The position numbers and the translations under genes are program-made. From the NCBI GenBank assembly GCA_963796055.1, contig CAWCKH010000004.1, positions 448,001-512,000 on the forward strand: DNA of 64,000 nt, written 5' to 3'. The stretch is from an uncultured delta proteobacterium. GTDB lineage: Bacteria; Myxococcota; Myxococcia; Myxococcales; Myxococcaceae. Within the stretch, counting starts at the first letter, position 1. Each line of letters starts with the position of its first letter. The notes beneath the pieces were generated by a model that was not told the origin of the DNA, did no database searches, and worked only from the letters and a program-made list of their open reading frames with translations. Shown one piece after another: positions 19,570 to 28,175 of this stretch.

Positions 19570-20220
19570 ATGACTCGCCTGCGAGTCCAGAGCTTTGGCA
19601 TCTCACTCGACGGATTCGGCGCCGGGCCCGGCCAGGACCTCGAGCACCCTCTGGGCGCCGGAGGGGAAGCGCTGCACGAATGGGTCTTCCCCACCCGGAC
19701 CTTCAAGCGGATGTTCGGAAGCGGCGAGGGTACGACGGGAATCGACGACGACTTCGCCGCCCGGGGCTTCGAGAACGTCGGCGCGTGGATCCTCGGGCGG
19801 AACATGTTCGGCCCGATCCGCGGTCCCTGGCCCGACGACACATGGAAGGGGTGGTGGGGCGACGAGCCGCCGTACCACGTCCCGGTATTCGTGCTCACCC
19901 ATCAGTCGCGGCCCTCGATCCCGATGAAGGGCGGGACGACCTTTCACTTCGTCACCGGCGGGATCCACGAGGCGCTCGACCGCGCGCGCGAGGCCGCTGG
20001 AGGGAGGGACGTCCGACTTGGAGGGGGCGTGTCGATGGTCCGGCAGTACCTGCGCGCCGGGCTGGTCGACGAATTGCACCTGGTAGTCTCGCCGGTCGTG
20101 CTCGGAAGCGGGGAGCATCTCCTGTCCGGAATCAATCTCCTCGAGCTCGGCTTACGGCCCACCGAGCACGTCGCATCGGAGAAGGCGCTCCACGTCGTGC
20201 TGACCCGTTCGTCGACCTGA
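19570..20220 (+). CDS. Dihydrofolate reductase-like / RibD C-terminal domain protein
   Basis: ISLDGFGAGP, ILGRNMF, PPYHVPVFVLTH, DVRLGGG, GLVDELHL..SPVVLGSG. AGGAGG RBS. Confidence 0.9.
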   Translation: MTRLRVQSFGISLDGFGAGPGQDLEHPLGAGGEALHEWVFPTRTFKRMFGSGEGTTGIDDDFAARGFENVGAWILGRNMFGPIRGPWPDDTWKGWWGDEPPYHVPVFVLTHQSRPSIPMKGGTTFHFVTGGIHEALDRAREAAGGRDVRLGGGVSMVRQYLRAGLVDELHLVVSPVVLGSGEHLLSGINLLELGLRPTEHVASEKALHVVLTRSST

Positions 20221-20253
20221 AGTCCGCTGGCGGTCCGCAGGACACCGCTCGCT

Positions 20254-21888
20254 TCAGAAGCGGTGCCGGAACAGCGACGCATACGAGGGCAGCGCGTCGC
20301 GCCAGAACCGGATCTTCTTCCCCTCGGCGAAGCCGCGCGCCACGTAGTTGACCGGCACCTCCATCGGCGAGTGGCCGTTCCTGGCCAGCTTGCAGGCCAG
20401 CTCGATGTCCAGCTCGAAGCCGTTGGACTTCAGATCCAGCCCGTCGAGGCACTCGGCGCGGAACACCTTGAACATGGTGTTCACGTCGGTGACGCGCTGC
20501 TGGTAGAGCACGCTGTAGGTGCGGGCGAACACCAGCTGGGCGAAGTTGAGGAGTAGCCCGCGCACCGGCGTCGCCTCGAACTTGCGCACCTTCCAGTCGT
20601 CGAGGCCGAGACTGCGCGAGCCGAGCACGAAGGTGGCCTTGTGCTGGAGCAGCGGCTCGAGGAGAGCGTCGTAGTCGTCGATGTCGTACTCGAAGTCGGC
20701 GTCCTGGATGAGCACGATGGTGCCGGTGACGTGGGCCAGGCCGGTCCGCACCGCATGGCCCTTGCCACGCGGCCGGTCCTCGAGCACCAGGCGCACCCCG
20801 CGCCGGCCGGCGTAGCCCTCGACGATCGCCCGGGTCCCGTCGGTGGAATTGCTCTCCACGATGATCAGCTCGCGGTCGATCTTCAGCGGCTTGGCGAGCA
20901 CCGCGTCGATGACCTCGGCCACGTAGCGGGCCTCGTTGTAGACCGGCAGCACGATCGACAGCTTCTCGCCGACATTCGCCTCGCCGGAGCGCCGGCCGAA
21001 CACCGCCACCCGGTTGCCGGAGCGCACCGGCATCTCCACGTCCCCGAGCGGCGTGGAACGCAGCACGGTCGAGAGCGCCGGCTGGACCACGATGCGGGAG
21101 ACGATGTCCCCGGCGTAGCGCGCGGTGCGCCTGACAGGAAGCGCATACTGAGTCTTGAGGACCAGCCCCATGCGCCCGGCCAGAGCGGTGAGGTTGCCGG
21201 TGCTGAGGAAGGTCGCCTTGTGGTCGAAGAACTGCGACCAGTACTTGCGCATCATCCGCGCCGGGATCGAGTCCGCGTTGGTATAGGTGACCACGAACAG
21301 CGTCTCCGGCGGCAGCGCCCCCACGAGGTGTGAGAGGACGGCGTGCGGAGCGGCCAGGGACTCCAAGAGCTCGGCCAGGATGACGACCTGTGGTTCCCGT
21401 GCCAGGTAGGGAGCGGCCCACTCCATGTCGGAGTCGAGCGCCAGGCGGGTGAAACGCGCGTCGTCGAAGCCGGCGACCTCCAGGCCGACCCGCGCCGCCG
21501 ACGGCACCCGCGCGAACTCCGGCAAGTACCTTCCGAGGAGCAGCGTGCGCCGGAGCGGCGTTCCCCCGATGTGCTGGTGATCGCGCTCCACGCGCTGGAG
21601 CAGGCGCTCGAAGTCCTCGGACATGAGCTCCCGGTCACGCGGGTGCGAGAAGTTCTGGATTCGCTCGATGTCGAGGTCGTTGAACGGCCTCTCGCGCGTC
21701 GGGTTGACGTAGACCGCGCCGCAGGCGGTGCAGCGCACGAACCGGACGCCGGCGCGATGGAAGAGATAGCTCGCCCGGTCGGCCTGGCAGGCCGGGCAGT
21801 CCACGAAGCGGCTGTGGGCGCGGGCGGTTCGCACCGCCGAGGTGGGGGCGAACTGGAACGAGCGCGCCGGGTTGTCCGTCCGGGTCAC
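20254..21888 (-). CDS. GT2 (DPM1-like polyprenol-phosphate glycosyltransferase) with N-terminal Zn-finger/methyltransferase-like domain
   Basis: C-half: LSIVLPVYNE, ESNSTDGT, RGKGHAVRTG, IQDADFEY, VLGSR, TDVNTMFK. N-half: CPAC...RCTACGAVYVNP. Confidence 0.88.
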   Translation of the reverse strand: MTRTDNPARSFQFAPTSAVRTARAHSRFVDCPACQADRASYLFHRAGVRFVRCTACGAVYVNPTRERPFNDLDIERIQNFSHPRDRELMSEDFERLLQRVERDHQHIGGTPLRRTLLLGRYLPEFARVPSAARVGLEVAGFDDARFTRLALDSDMEWAAPYLAREPQVVILAELLESLAAPHAVLSHLVGALPPETLFVVTYTNADSIPARMMRKYWSQFFDHKATFLSTGNLTALAGRMGLVLKTQYALPVRRTARYAGDIVSRIVVQPALSTVLRSTPLGDVEMPVRSGNRVAVFGRRSGEANVGEKLSIVLPVYNEARYVAEVIDAVLAKPLKIDRELIIVESNSTDGTRAIVEGYAGRRGVRLVLEDRPRGKGHAVRTGLAHVTGTIVLIQDADFEYDIDDYDALLEPLLQHKATFVLGSRSLGLDDWKVRKFEATPVRGLLLNFAQLVFARTYSVLYQQRVTDVNTMFKVFRAECLDGLDLKSNGFELDIELACKLARNGHSPMEVPVNYVARGFAEGKKIRFWRDALPSYASLFRHRF

Positions 21889-22883
21889 GGCGAGAGGACC
21901 TCCGCAGGCCGCTGGCGGTGGTCCACGAAGGGGTGGGCCTCGAGGAACGCCAGCGTCTCGACGATGCTCTCCTCGATGCTGCGGGTGGGGGCCCAGCCGA
22001 GCGCGCGCAGGCGCCCGGTGTCGAGGAGGATGCGGGGCGAGTCCCCCACCCAGCCGCGCTCTCCGCCGAGGTGCACGATCCGCGGGTTCACGCCCAGGGT
22101 GGCGGTGATGACGGCGACGCTCTCATCGACCTCGATCCACTCCTGGTGCCCGAGGTTGAAGAGGTTGATCGGCTCCCGCGCCTGCTCGATGGCCAGCAGC
22201 ATGCCGTTCACGCAGTCGCCGACGTGGAGGTAGCTCTTCCTCTGGCGGCCGTTGCCCAGCACCTCGAGGCGGGTGGGGTCGCGCCGCAGCCGGCGCCAGA
22301 AGTCGATGACGTGCCCGTGGGTGTAGCGGGCGCCGAGCAGCGAGACGAAGCGGAAGATCCACACCCGGAAGCCGTAGCCCAGCGCGTACGAGGTGAGGAG
22401 CCCCTCGGCGGCCAGCTTCGAGGTGGCGTAGATCGACGTCTGGATGGGGAACGGCGCGTCCTCGGGGGTGGGCACCACCGTGGCCTCGCCGTAGACCGAG
22501 CCGGTCGAGGCGAAGGCCACCTCGCGCACCCCCGCCGCGCGCATCGCCTCGAGCAGGTTCTGGGTGGCCACCACGTTCTGGTCGATGCACCTGCGCGGCT
22601 CGAGGAGGTTGTCCTTGATGTCGGCGTTGGCCGCCAGGTGGAACACGAAGTCGCAGCCCTCCAGGGCGCGCCCCGCGGCCACCGGATCGAGAAGGTCGGC
22701 CTCGACCAGGCGAGCACCCGCGGGCACGAACTGCCGCCAGCCGGTGGAGAAGTTGTCGAGGATGGTGACCTCGGCTCCCTGCGCCAGGAGCCGATCGGCG
22801 ACATGGCTGCCGACGAAGCCGGCGCCTCCGGTCACCAGCACCCGCCGCCCCGCGAAGCTCGCCATCGACGCCGGTACGGCCAT
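21885..22883 (-). CDS. NAD-dependent nucleotide-sugar epimerase/dehydratase (extended SDR)
   Basis: VTGGAGFVG, HLAA, ASTGSVYG, YATSK. TGATG-coupled to the transaldolase. Confidence 0.92.
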   Translation of the reverse strand: MAVPASMASFAGRRVLVTGGAGFVGSHVADRLLAQGAEVTILDNFSTGWRQFVPAGARLVEADLLDPVAAGRALEGCDFVFHLAANADIKDNLLEPRRCIDQNVVATQNLLEAMRAAGVREVAFASTGSVYGEATVVPTPEDAPFPIQTSIYATSKLAAEGLLTSYALGYGFRVWIFRFVSLLGARYTHGHVIDFWRRLRRDPTRLEVLGNGRQRKSYLHVGDCVNGMLLAIEQAREPINLFNLGHQEWIEVDESVAVITATLGVNPRIVHLGGERGWVGDSPRILLDTGRLRALGWAPTRSIEESIVETLAFLEAHPFVDHRQRPAEVLSP

Positions 22884-23542
22884 CAGCGTGGGCCGGAGCG
22901 CTTTCGCCAGGCCTCGTTGAACTCGGCGATGGTCTCGACGGTGCGCGGGTTCCACACCATCTTGCGCAGGATGTCCGGGGGCACGGTGACCACGTGGGCG
23001 CCCGCGTCGAGGGCCTCGTTCACGTCCATCAGGTGGCGGATGGAGCCGACGATGATCCGCGACCCCAGTCCCTCGCGGTCGAGGGTCCTGCGGGTGGCCT
23101 CGATCACCGGGCGCGCGTCGTAGCCCATGTCCCGGATGCGCCCCGAGAACAGGCTGACGTAGGTGGCCCCCGAGAGGGCCGCCAGGTAGGCCTGGTTGAA
23201 GGCCATCAGGCAGGTGACGTTGGTCTTCACCTCGCGCCGCCGCAGCCCGTGGAGGACCCGCAGCCCCACCTCCGAGAACGGCACCTTGACGGTGATCCGC
23301 TGCGGATCCCAGGCGTGATAGCCGACCGCCTCGGCCATCATCTCCTCCTCGGACTCGGTGGTGAGCTCGACCGAGACGTCGCCGGTCGACGCCGAGAGCA
23401 CCTCGCGGATCACCTCTGCGAGGTCGGCCCCCGGTGACTCACGGGAGATGATCAGGGGATTGGTGGTCACCCCGGAGAACGAGCCCCAGGAGAAGAGCGC
23501 CTTGATTTCCTTCGGATCGGAGCTGTCTACGAACAGGGCCAC
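22883..23542 (-). CDS. tal: Transaldolase (small TalC-type)
   Basis: LFVDS, GVTTNP, VSVE, Schiff-base KVP, NVT, YVSLFSGRI, GSIR, VTVPP. AGGAGG RBS before GTG. Confidence 0.9.
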   Translation of the reverse strand: MALFVDSSDPKEIKALFSWGSFSGVTTNPLIISRESPGADLAEVIREVLSASTGDVSVELTTESEEEMMAEAVGYHAWDPQRITVKVPFSEVGLRVLHGLRRREVKTNVTCLMAFNQAYLAALSGATYVSLFSGRIRDMGYDARPVIEATRRTLDREGLGSRIIVGSIRHLMDVNEALDAGAHVVTVPPDILRKMVWNPRTVETIAEFNEAWRKRSGPR

Positions 23543-23554
23543 GGTCTCCTCCTA

Positions 23555-24164
23555 CTACATCCGCCCGGCGATCGCCGTGGCGATCTCCAGCAGCGTCGGC
23601 CCATGCACGTCGGCACCGAGGTCGGGGCGCTCGCGCAGGGGGCAGAGCTCGCAGCGCGACGTCGGCACGAGCAGCGCCGTGCGCAGCCCCGCGGCCCGCC
23701 CCGCCTCGACGTCGGCAGGCGAATCCCCAATGGCCCAGGAGCGGGCCGCGTCGCCCCGCAGACGCGCGAGCAGAGACCGGAGCATCCCCGGCCGCGGCTT
23801 CCGGCAATCGCAGGTCCGCACCAGAGCTCGGATCACCCCCCGGGCCGCCCTGCGGGTGGTGCTCGCACACCTCCACGGCGGCGATGGACACGCCCTGCGC
23901 GTCGAGCAGCGCGAGGAGGGCAGCGTTGGTGCGGGCCACCGCGGCGCGGGAGATCTGCCCCTTGGCCGGACCCGGCTGGTTGGTGGCCATGGCCAGCACG
24001 AAGCCCGCGCCGGCGAGCGCCCGCAGTCCCTCCACCGCGCCGGGGAGGAGGCGCAGCTGGGCGGGGTGGAACGCGGTCACGATTGTGCCCGTCTCCTCGT
24101 CACGCACCAGGTCGATGAGCGTGCCGTCGCGGTCGAGGATGGCCAGCGGCAAAAGCCCGCTCAC
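23555..24164 (-). pseudogene. gmhB: D,D-heptose 1,7-bisphosphate phosphatase with a +1 frameshift near 23826
   Basis: LDRDGTL, ATNQPG, VCEHHP in one frame; CDCRKPRPGML, IGDSPADVEAG in the next. Span is 610 bp (3n+1). May be a sequencing error. Confidence 0.85.
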
Positions 24165-24757
24165 CGGAGGCTCTCCCACTTGGTCGGCGTGCGCTGCAGC
24201 TCGGGGTGACTCACCAGCAGGTGCCACACCACCGCGCACATCCCCTCGGTGTGCGGGGTGACCCGCTCGGCGGCCACGGTGGGGATGAGCACGCAGGCCT
24301 CCGCCAGCGCGCGGGTGCTGCCTCCGTCCCGCCCGACGATGCCGAAGATGTGGGCGCCCACCTCGCGCGCGTGCTCCAGGGCGCGAACCAGGGCCACGCT
24401 CACGTTCCGCTCGCGGCTCCCACCGCCCACCGAGAACACCAGCACCCCGTCGCCCTGGCGCAGGCGCGAACCGCGCAGCCACTCGACGAAGCAGGAGTCC
24501 CAGCCGTCGTCGTTGATGCGCGCGGTGAGCTCGCTCACGTTGTCGGTCGGGGCGTAGGCCTCGAATCCGCAGAGCTTCCGGAAGTCGTTGACCGCGTGGC
24601 TGGCGTGGCCGGCGCTCCCCCCCACGCCGAGCACGAAGAGGCGCCCGCCGTCGGCACGGACGCGGGACAGGCCGGTGGCCACTGCCTCGATGGCGGCAGG
24701 GTCGAGCCTGGCGAGGATCTCGGCGCTCTCGGCGAGGTAACTGGCAGTGAAGCTCAC
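24161..24757 (-). CDS. gmhA: Phosphoheptose (sedoheptulose-7-P) isomerase, SIS domain
   Basis: GVGGSAGHASH, LTARINDDG, FSVGGGS, GRDGG; heptose-operon context. Confidence 0.85.
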   Translation of the reverse strand: MSFTASYLAESAEILARLDPAAIEAVATGLSRVRADGGRLFVLGVGGSAGHASHAVNDFRKLCGFEAYAPTDNVSELTARINDDGWDSCFVEWLRGSRLRQGDGVLVFSVGGGSRERNVSVALVRALEHAREVGAHIFGIVGRDGGSTRALAEACVLIPTVAAERVTPHTEGMCAVVWHLLVSHPELQRTPTKWESLR

Positions 24758-24766
24758 GGGAGGTCC

Positions 24767-25762
24767 CTAGGAACGGTGGAAGTTGGCCATGATGCGGGCG
24801 CCGTCGAAGTCGAAGCGGAAGCGCATCGGGCGCAGCCCGCGGGCGGTGAGCGCCTCGTGGACCCGGCGGCGCTCCGCGGGGCGGACGTAGAACATGAAGA
24901 AGCCCCCGCCCCCGGCGCCCATCAGCTTGCCGCCGATGGCGCCCGCCTTGCGGGCGGCCTGGTAGTGCTCGTCGATCACTCCGTCGGTCATCGCCTCGGT
25001 CAGGCGGCGCTTCTGCGTCCAGTGCTCATGCAGCATCTCGCCGTAGGAGTCGAGCTCGCCGGCGAGGAGGATGCGCCGGGTCTCGTGGCCCAGCGCCTTG
25101 ATCCGATGCATGCGCTCGATGGCGGCGTCGCGGTTCTCGACGATGGCGCTGGCCTGCTGCGCCAGCACCGACGAGGCGGCCCGCTCCACCCCGGAGTAGA
25201 AGATGACCAGCTTGGTCTCCAGCTCGTCGATCACCTCGTCGCGGAGATCGAGCCGCTCCACCTCGACGCGGCCGTCGGGGTGGAAGGTCATCGCGCTGAT
25301 GCCGCCGTACGCGGCGATGTACTGGTCCTGCTTGCCGATGGGCTCCCCGAGGACGTCGATCTCGAGATGGCAGGCCTCCCGCGCCAGCTGCTCGGCCGGC
25401 ACCGACTCGCGCCGGAAGGCATGGAGGCCGTTGAGGAGCGCCACGGTGAAGCTCGAGGAGCTGCCCAGGCCGGTGTTGGCCGGTACGTCGGCCAGACTGT
25501 GGAGCTCGAGGCCGCCGGTGAAGCCCATCCCCTCGAGCGCGGCGCGGAAGATCCGGTGGCGGATCTTGTCCACCGAGTCCACGGTCTCGGTCTCCGAGTA
25601 AGCCAGGCGGATGGTGTCGTAGAAGCGCCGGGCGACGCAGACGAACACGAACTTGTCCACGGCGGCGGAGACGACGAAGCCGCCGTGCTCGCGGGAATAG
25701 GAGGGGAGGTCGCTGCCTCCGCCCCCCAGCGAGAAGCGGACCGGCGCGCGGGAGACGATCAT
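24767..25762 (-). CDS. hddA: GHMP sugar kinase, D-glycero-alpha-D-manno-heptose-7-P kinase-like
   Basis: RAPVRFSLGGGGSD, PANTGLGSSS, GKQDQY, KLMGAGGGGF. Confidence 0.88.
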   Translation of the reverse strand: MIVSRAPVRFSLGGGGSDLPSYSREHGGFVVSAAVDKFVFVCVARRFYDTIRLAYSETETVDSVDKIRHRIFRAALEGMGFTGGLELHSLADVPANTGLGSSSSFTVALLNGLHAFRRESVPAEQLAREACHLEIDVLGEPIGKQDQYIAAYGGISAMTFHPDGRVEVERLDLRDEVIDELETKLVIFYSGVERAASSVLAQQASAIVENRDAAIERMHRIKALGHETRRILLAGELDSYGEMLHEHWTQKRRLTEAMTDGVIDEHYQAARKAGAIGGKLMGAGGGGFFMFYVRPAERRRVHEALTARGLRPMRFRFDFDGARIMANFHRS

Positions 25763-26460
25763 CGGGAGCTTCGCAAGTGGTGGTCGAGGTCGGCCCAGCC
25801 GGCCGGGGAGCCGATCTGGAAAAACCTCTCACGGACCACGAGGGCGCGCAAGCGCCCCCGCCCCGCCAGATCTTCTTGTAGCCGGTCGAGGCCGAGCGGC
25901 ACGCCCGGGGGCAGCACCTCGACCACCTCGCGCCGCAGGGCGGTGGCGCCATAGTCGATGTGATCGAACTCCGGGCCAGCGGGGTGCTTCCGGTAGCGGA
26001 GCACCCACGCCCCGTCGGTCACCACGTTGGAAGGCTCGAAGCGCCCGGCGTTCCGGTAGACCGCCATCACCCCCTCGCAATCGGCGTGACCCTCCAGGAG
26101 CCGGAGCGGCTCTCCGTAGTCGAAGGGCAGATAGCTGTCGCCGTAGGTCACCAGGAATCGGGGCGAGAGCAGCGGCAACGCCGCCCGCAGCGCGCCCGCG
26201 GTCCCGAGCAGCCGGCCGGGCTCCTCCACCGCGTAGCGCACCGAGAGGCCGTGTCGCGCGCCATCGCCTACGTGGTCGCGGATGGCCTGGCCGAGGTGGG
26301 CGATGCACAGGACCACCTCGCCGATGCCCGAGCCCGCGAGCAGCTCCAGCTGCCAGTCGATGAAGGGGCGGCCGCCGACCTCGAGCATCGACTTGGGGAC
26401 CCGCTCGGTGTGTGGATGCATCCGCGTGGCCAGGCCGCCGGCGAGCACCACCGCTTGCAT
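25759..26460 (-). CDS. hddC: Sugar-1-phosphate nucleotidyltransferase (HddC-like)
   Basis: VVLAGGLATRM, PKSM, GRPFI, LGTAGAL, TYGDSY. Confidence 0.8.
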   Translation of the reverse strand: MQAVVLAGGLATRMHPHTERVPKSMLEVGGRPFIDWQLELLAGSGIGEVVLCIAHLGQAIRDHVGDGARHGLSVRYAVEEPGRLLGTAGALRAALPLLSPRFLVTYGDSYLPFDYGEPLRLLEGHADCEGVMAVYRNAGRFEPSNVVTDGAWVLRYRKHPAGPEFDHIDYGATALRREVVEVLPPGVPLGLDRLQEDLAGRGRLRALVVRERFFQIGSPAGWADLDHHLRSSR

Positions 26461-26474
26461 CGGGGACCCGTTGC

Positions 26475-28031
26475 TCACTGCACCCGCCGGATGACCCAGG
26501 GATGTTTCCACGGATTGGCGCCGTGGGGCTCGAAGGCCTCGTGGACCTCCTGCCCCGGGAACCGGGCCGCCACCTCCGCGGCCGACACCCTCGCCGGCAC
26601 CGAGAGCAGCAGCGGCGAACGGTCGAAGAACATGCCGTTCCGGGCATAGCGCGTGGGCCACTCGGCGCGGAGGATCACCACTCCGGAGCGGACGCCCTGC
26701 CGGGCCAGCTCCTCGGACAGGCCGGTATGCACCTTCACCTCGGGGATGCGCCGCTCGAGGTACGAGGCGATCAGGAACAGCGGCGCGATCCAGATGCCCA
26801 CCCCCACCACCCAGCCCATGCGCCGTCCGAGCTGCCGCCTGACGAAGGCGGCGGCGGTGCTCCAGCCGGCGGCGGCCAGGAAGGCCAGCGGCAGCAGCAG
26901 CATCGAGAGATAGCGGGGGCGGGGGCTGTCGTCGGGCTCGTTGAAGGTCAGCAGGACGGCGGCCACGAACAGGGCGATGAGCACCCCGAAGAAGCGCTGC
27001 AGCGGCGCCGTTCGCCCCTCGCCGGCCGCCTGCTCCCGCCGGAGCGCCACCCACCCCAGGCAGGCCAGGAGCGCCGCGCCGGGGACCGTCCACTGGAAGA
27101 AGAACGTCTCCAGCTCGGCCAGGTGGTGGAAGATCTGGAGGGGCTCGACCACGTGCAGCGGGTGGATGTTGCTGACCGAGCCGCTCTCTCCGTAGATGGC
27201 CACGAAGCCCGGGATGTCGGCCTTGTACCCGTCGGTGAAGGGCGAGCCGAACTGAAGCTTGTTGTACCAGAGGTCGAGCGCGACGAAGGGCAAGGAGCTT
27301 CCGCCGGCGATCAGCAGTGGCCGGAGGCTGCCGAAGGCGATCAGCGACAGCCCCAGGAGCGCGCCATCCACCGGCCGGATGAGGAACACACACCCGACGC
27401 ACAGTCCGAACAACACCAGATATCCGTCGCGCCGCGACCGCGCCCACAGGGCCACCGCCAGCGTCGCCAGCGCGCCGAAGAGCAAGGTGGGGGTGTGGGA
27501 GAGGAAGGTCGCTGCCTGGTAGGCGAAGAGCGGCGCCGCCGCCAGGAACGCCACCGCCAGGAAGGCGCGCCGGGCGTCGAGCACCGCCCGGGTGGCGAAC
27601 CAGAACGCCACCAGGGCCAGCACGCCCTCGAGCGGCGTCACCAGCCAGGGGACTCCGGCCCGCACGCCGAGGGAGAGGAGCGTGGCCGTGCCCGGCGGGT
27701 ACTTGCTGCGGACGTAGGCGTCGATGACCACGTGGTCCACGGCGGCCCAGTCGGCGTAGGGCGGCGCCCGGGCCTTGAGCGCGCCGCGCGCGAACCCCTC
27801 GGCCTGGAGCAGCATCGAGTACTCGTCGCCGGCGTAGGGGTAGCCCTGCAGGGCGACCCGCGCCAGCAGCGCGTAGAAGACGCCGGCGACGACGATGAGC
27901 AGCGCCGCGCGCCGCCCGTAGCGGGGAACGCCCTTTCGAGGCTCGATCGGATCGCGCCTCTCCGCTCGCACCTCGGGTTCGGCGGGAGCGAGCTCGGTGG
28001 CAGACGAATCCGTACCGGACGTTGGGTTCAC
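26475..28031 (-). CDS. Multi-TM GT-C fold glycosyltransferase (PMT/ArnT-like)
   Basis: GDE in the first loop, SKYPPG, many TM helices, RP motif, PRYL. Start (GTG 28031) uncertain. Confidence 0.72.
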   Translation of the reverse strand: MNPTSGTDSSATELAPAEPEVRAERRDPIEPRKGVPRYGRRAALLIVVAGVFYALLARVALQGYPYAGDEYSMLLQAEGFARGALKARAPPYADWAAVDHVVIDAYVRSKYPPGTATLLSLGVRAGVPWLVTPLEGVLALVAFWFATRAVLDARRAFLAVAFLAAAPLFAYQAATFLSHTPTLLFGALATLAVALWARSRRDGYLVLFGLCVGCVFLIRPVDGALLGLSLIAFGSLRPLLIAGGSSLPFVALDLWYNKLQFGSPFTDGYKADIPGFVAIYGESGSVSNIHPLHVVEPLQIFHHLAELETFFFQWTVPGAALLACLGWVALRREQAAGEGRTAPLQRFFGVLIALFVAAVLLTFNEPDDSPRPRYLSMLLLPLAFLAAAGWSTAAAFVRRQLGRRMGWVVGVGIWIAPLFLIASYLERRIPEVKVHTGLSEELARQGVRSGVVILRAEWPTRYARNGMFFDRSPLLLSVPARVSAAEVAARFPGQEVHEAFEPHGANPWKHPWVIRRVQ

Positions 28032-28175
28032 GGATTTCTTTTGACCCCGCTCGCGGGCCACGGTCAACGCCGTCTCGACGAAACCAGGGGGCTTGCGCTC
28101 CCGCTCTCCCTGCGGGTACTCCACCGACCGCGCTCGTGCGGAGGCCGCGCCCGATGGTGTCTCGACGATGAGCCG

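Noticed and set aside
22883..23542. Fructose-6-phosphate aldolase instead of transaldolase
   Set aside because: Has Glu in SVE and Phe in SLF, the transaldolase-type residues; FSA has Gln and Tyr at these positions.
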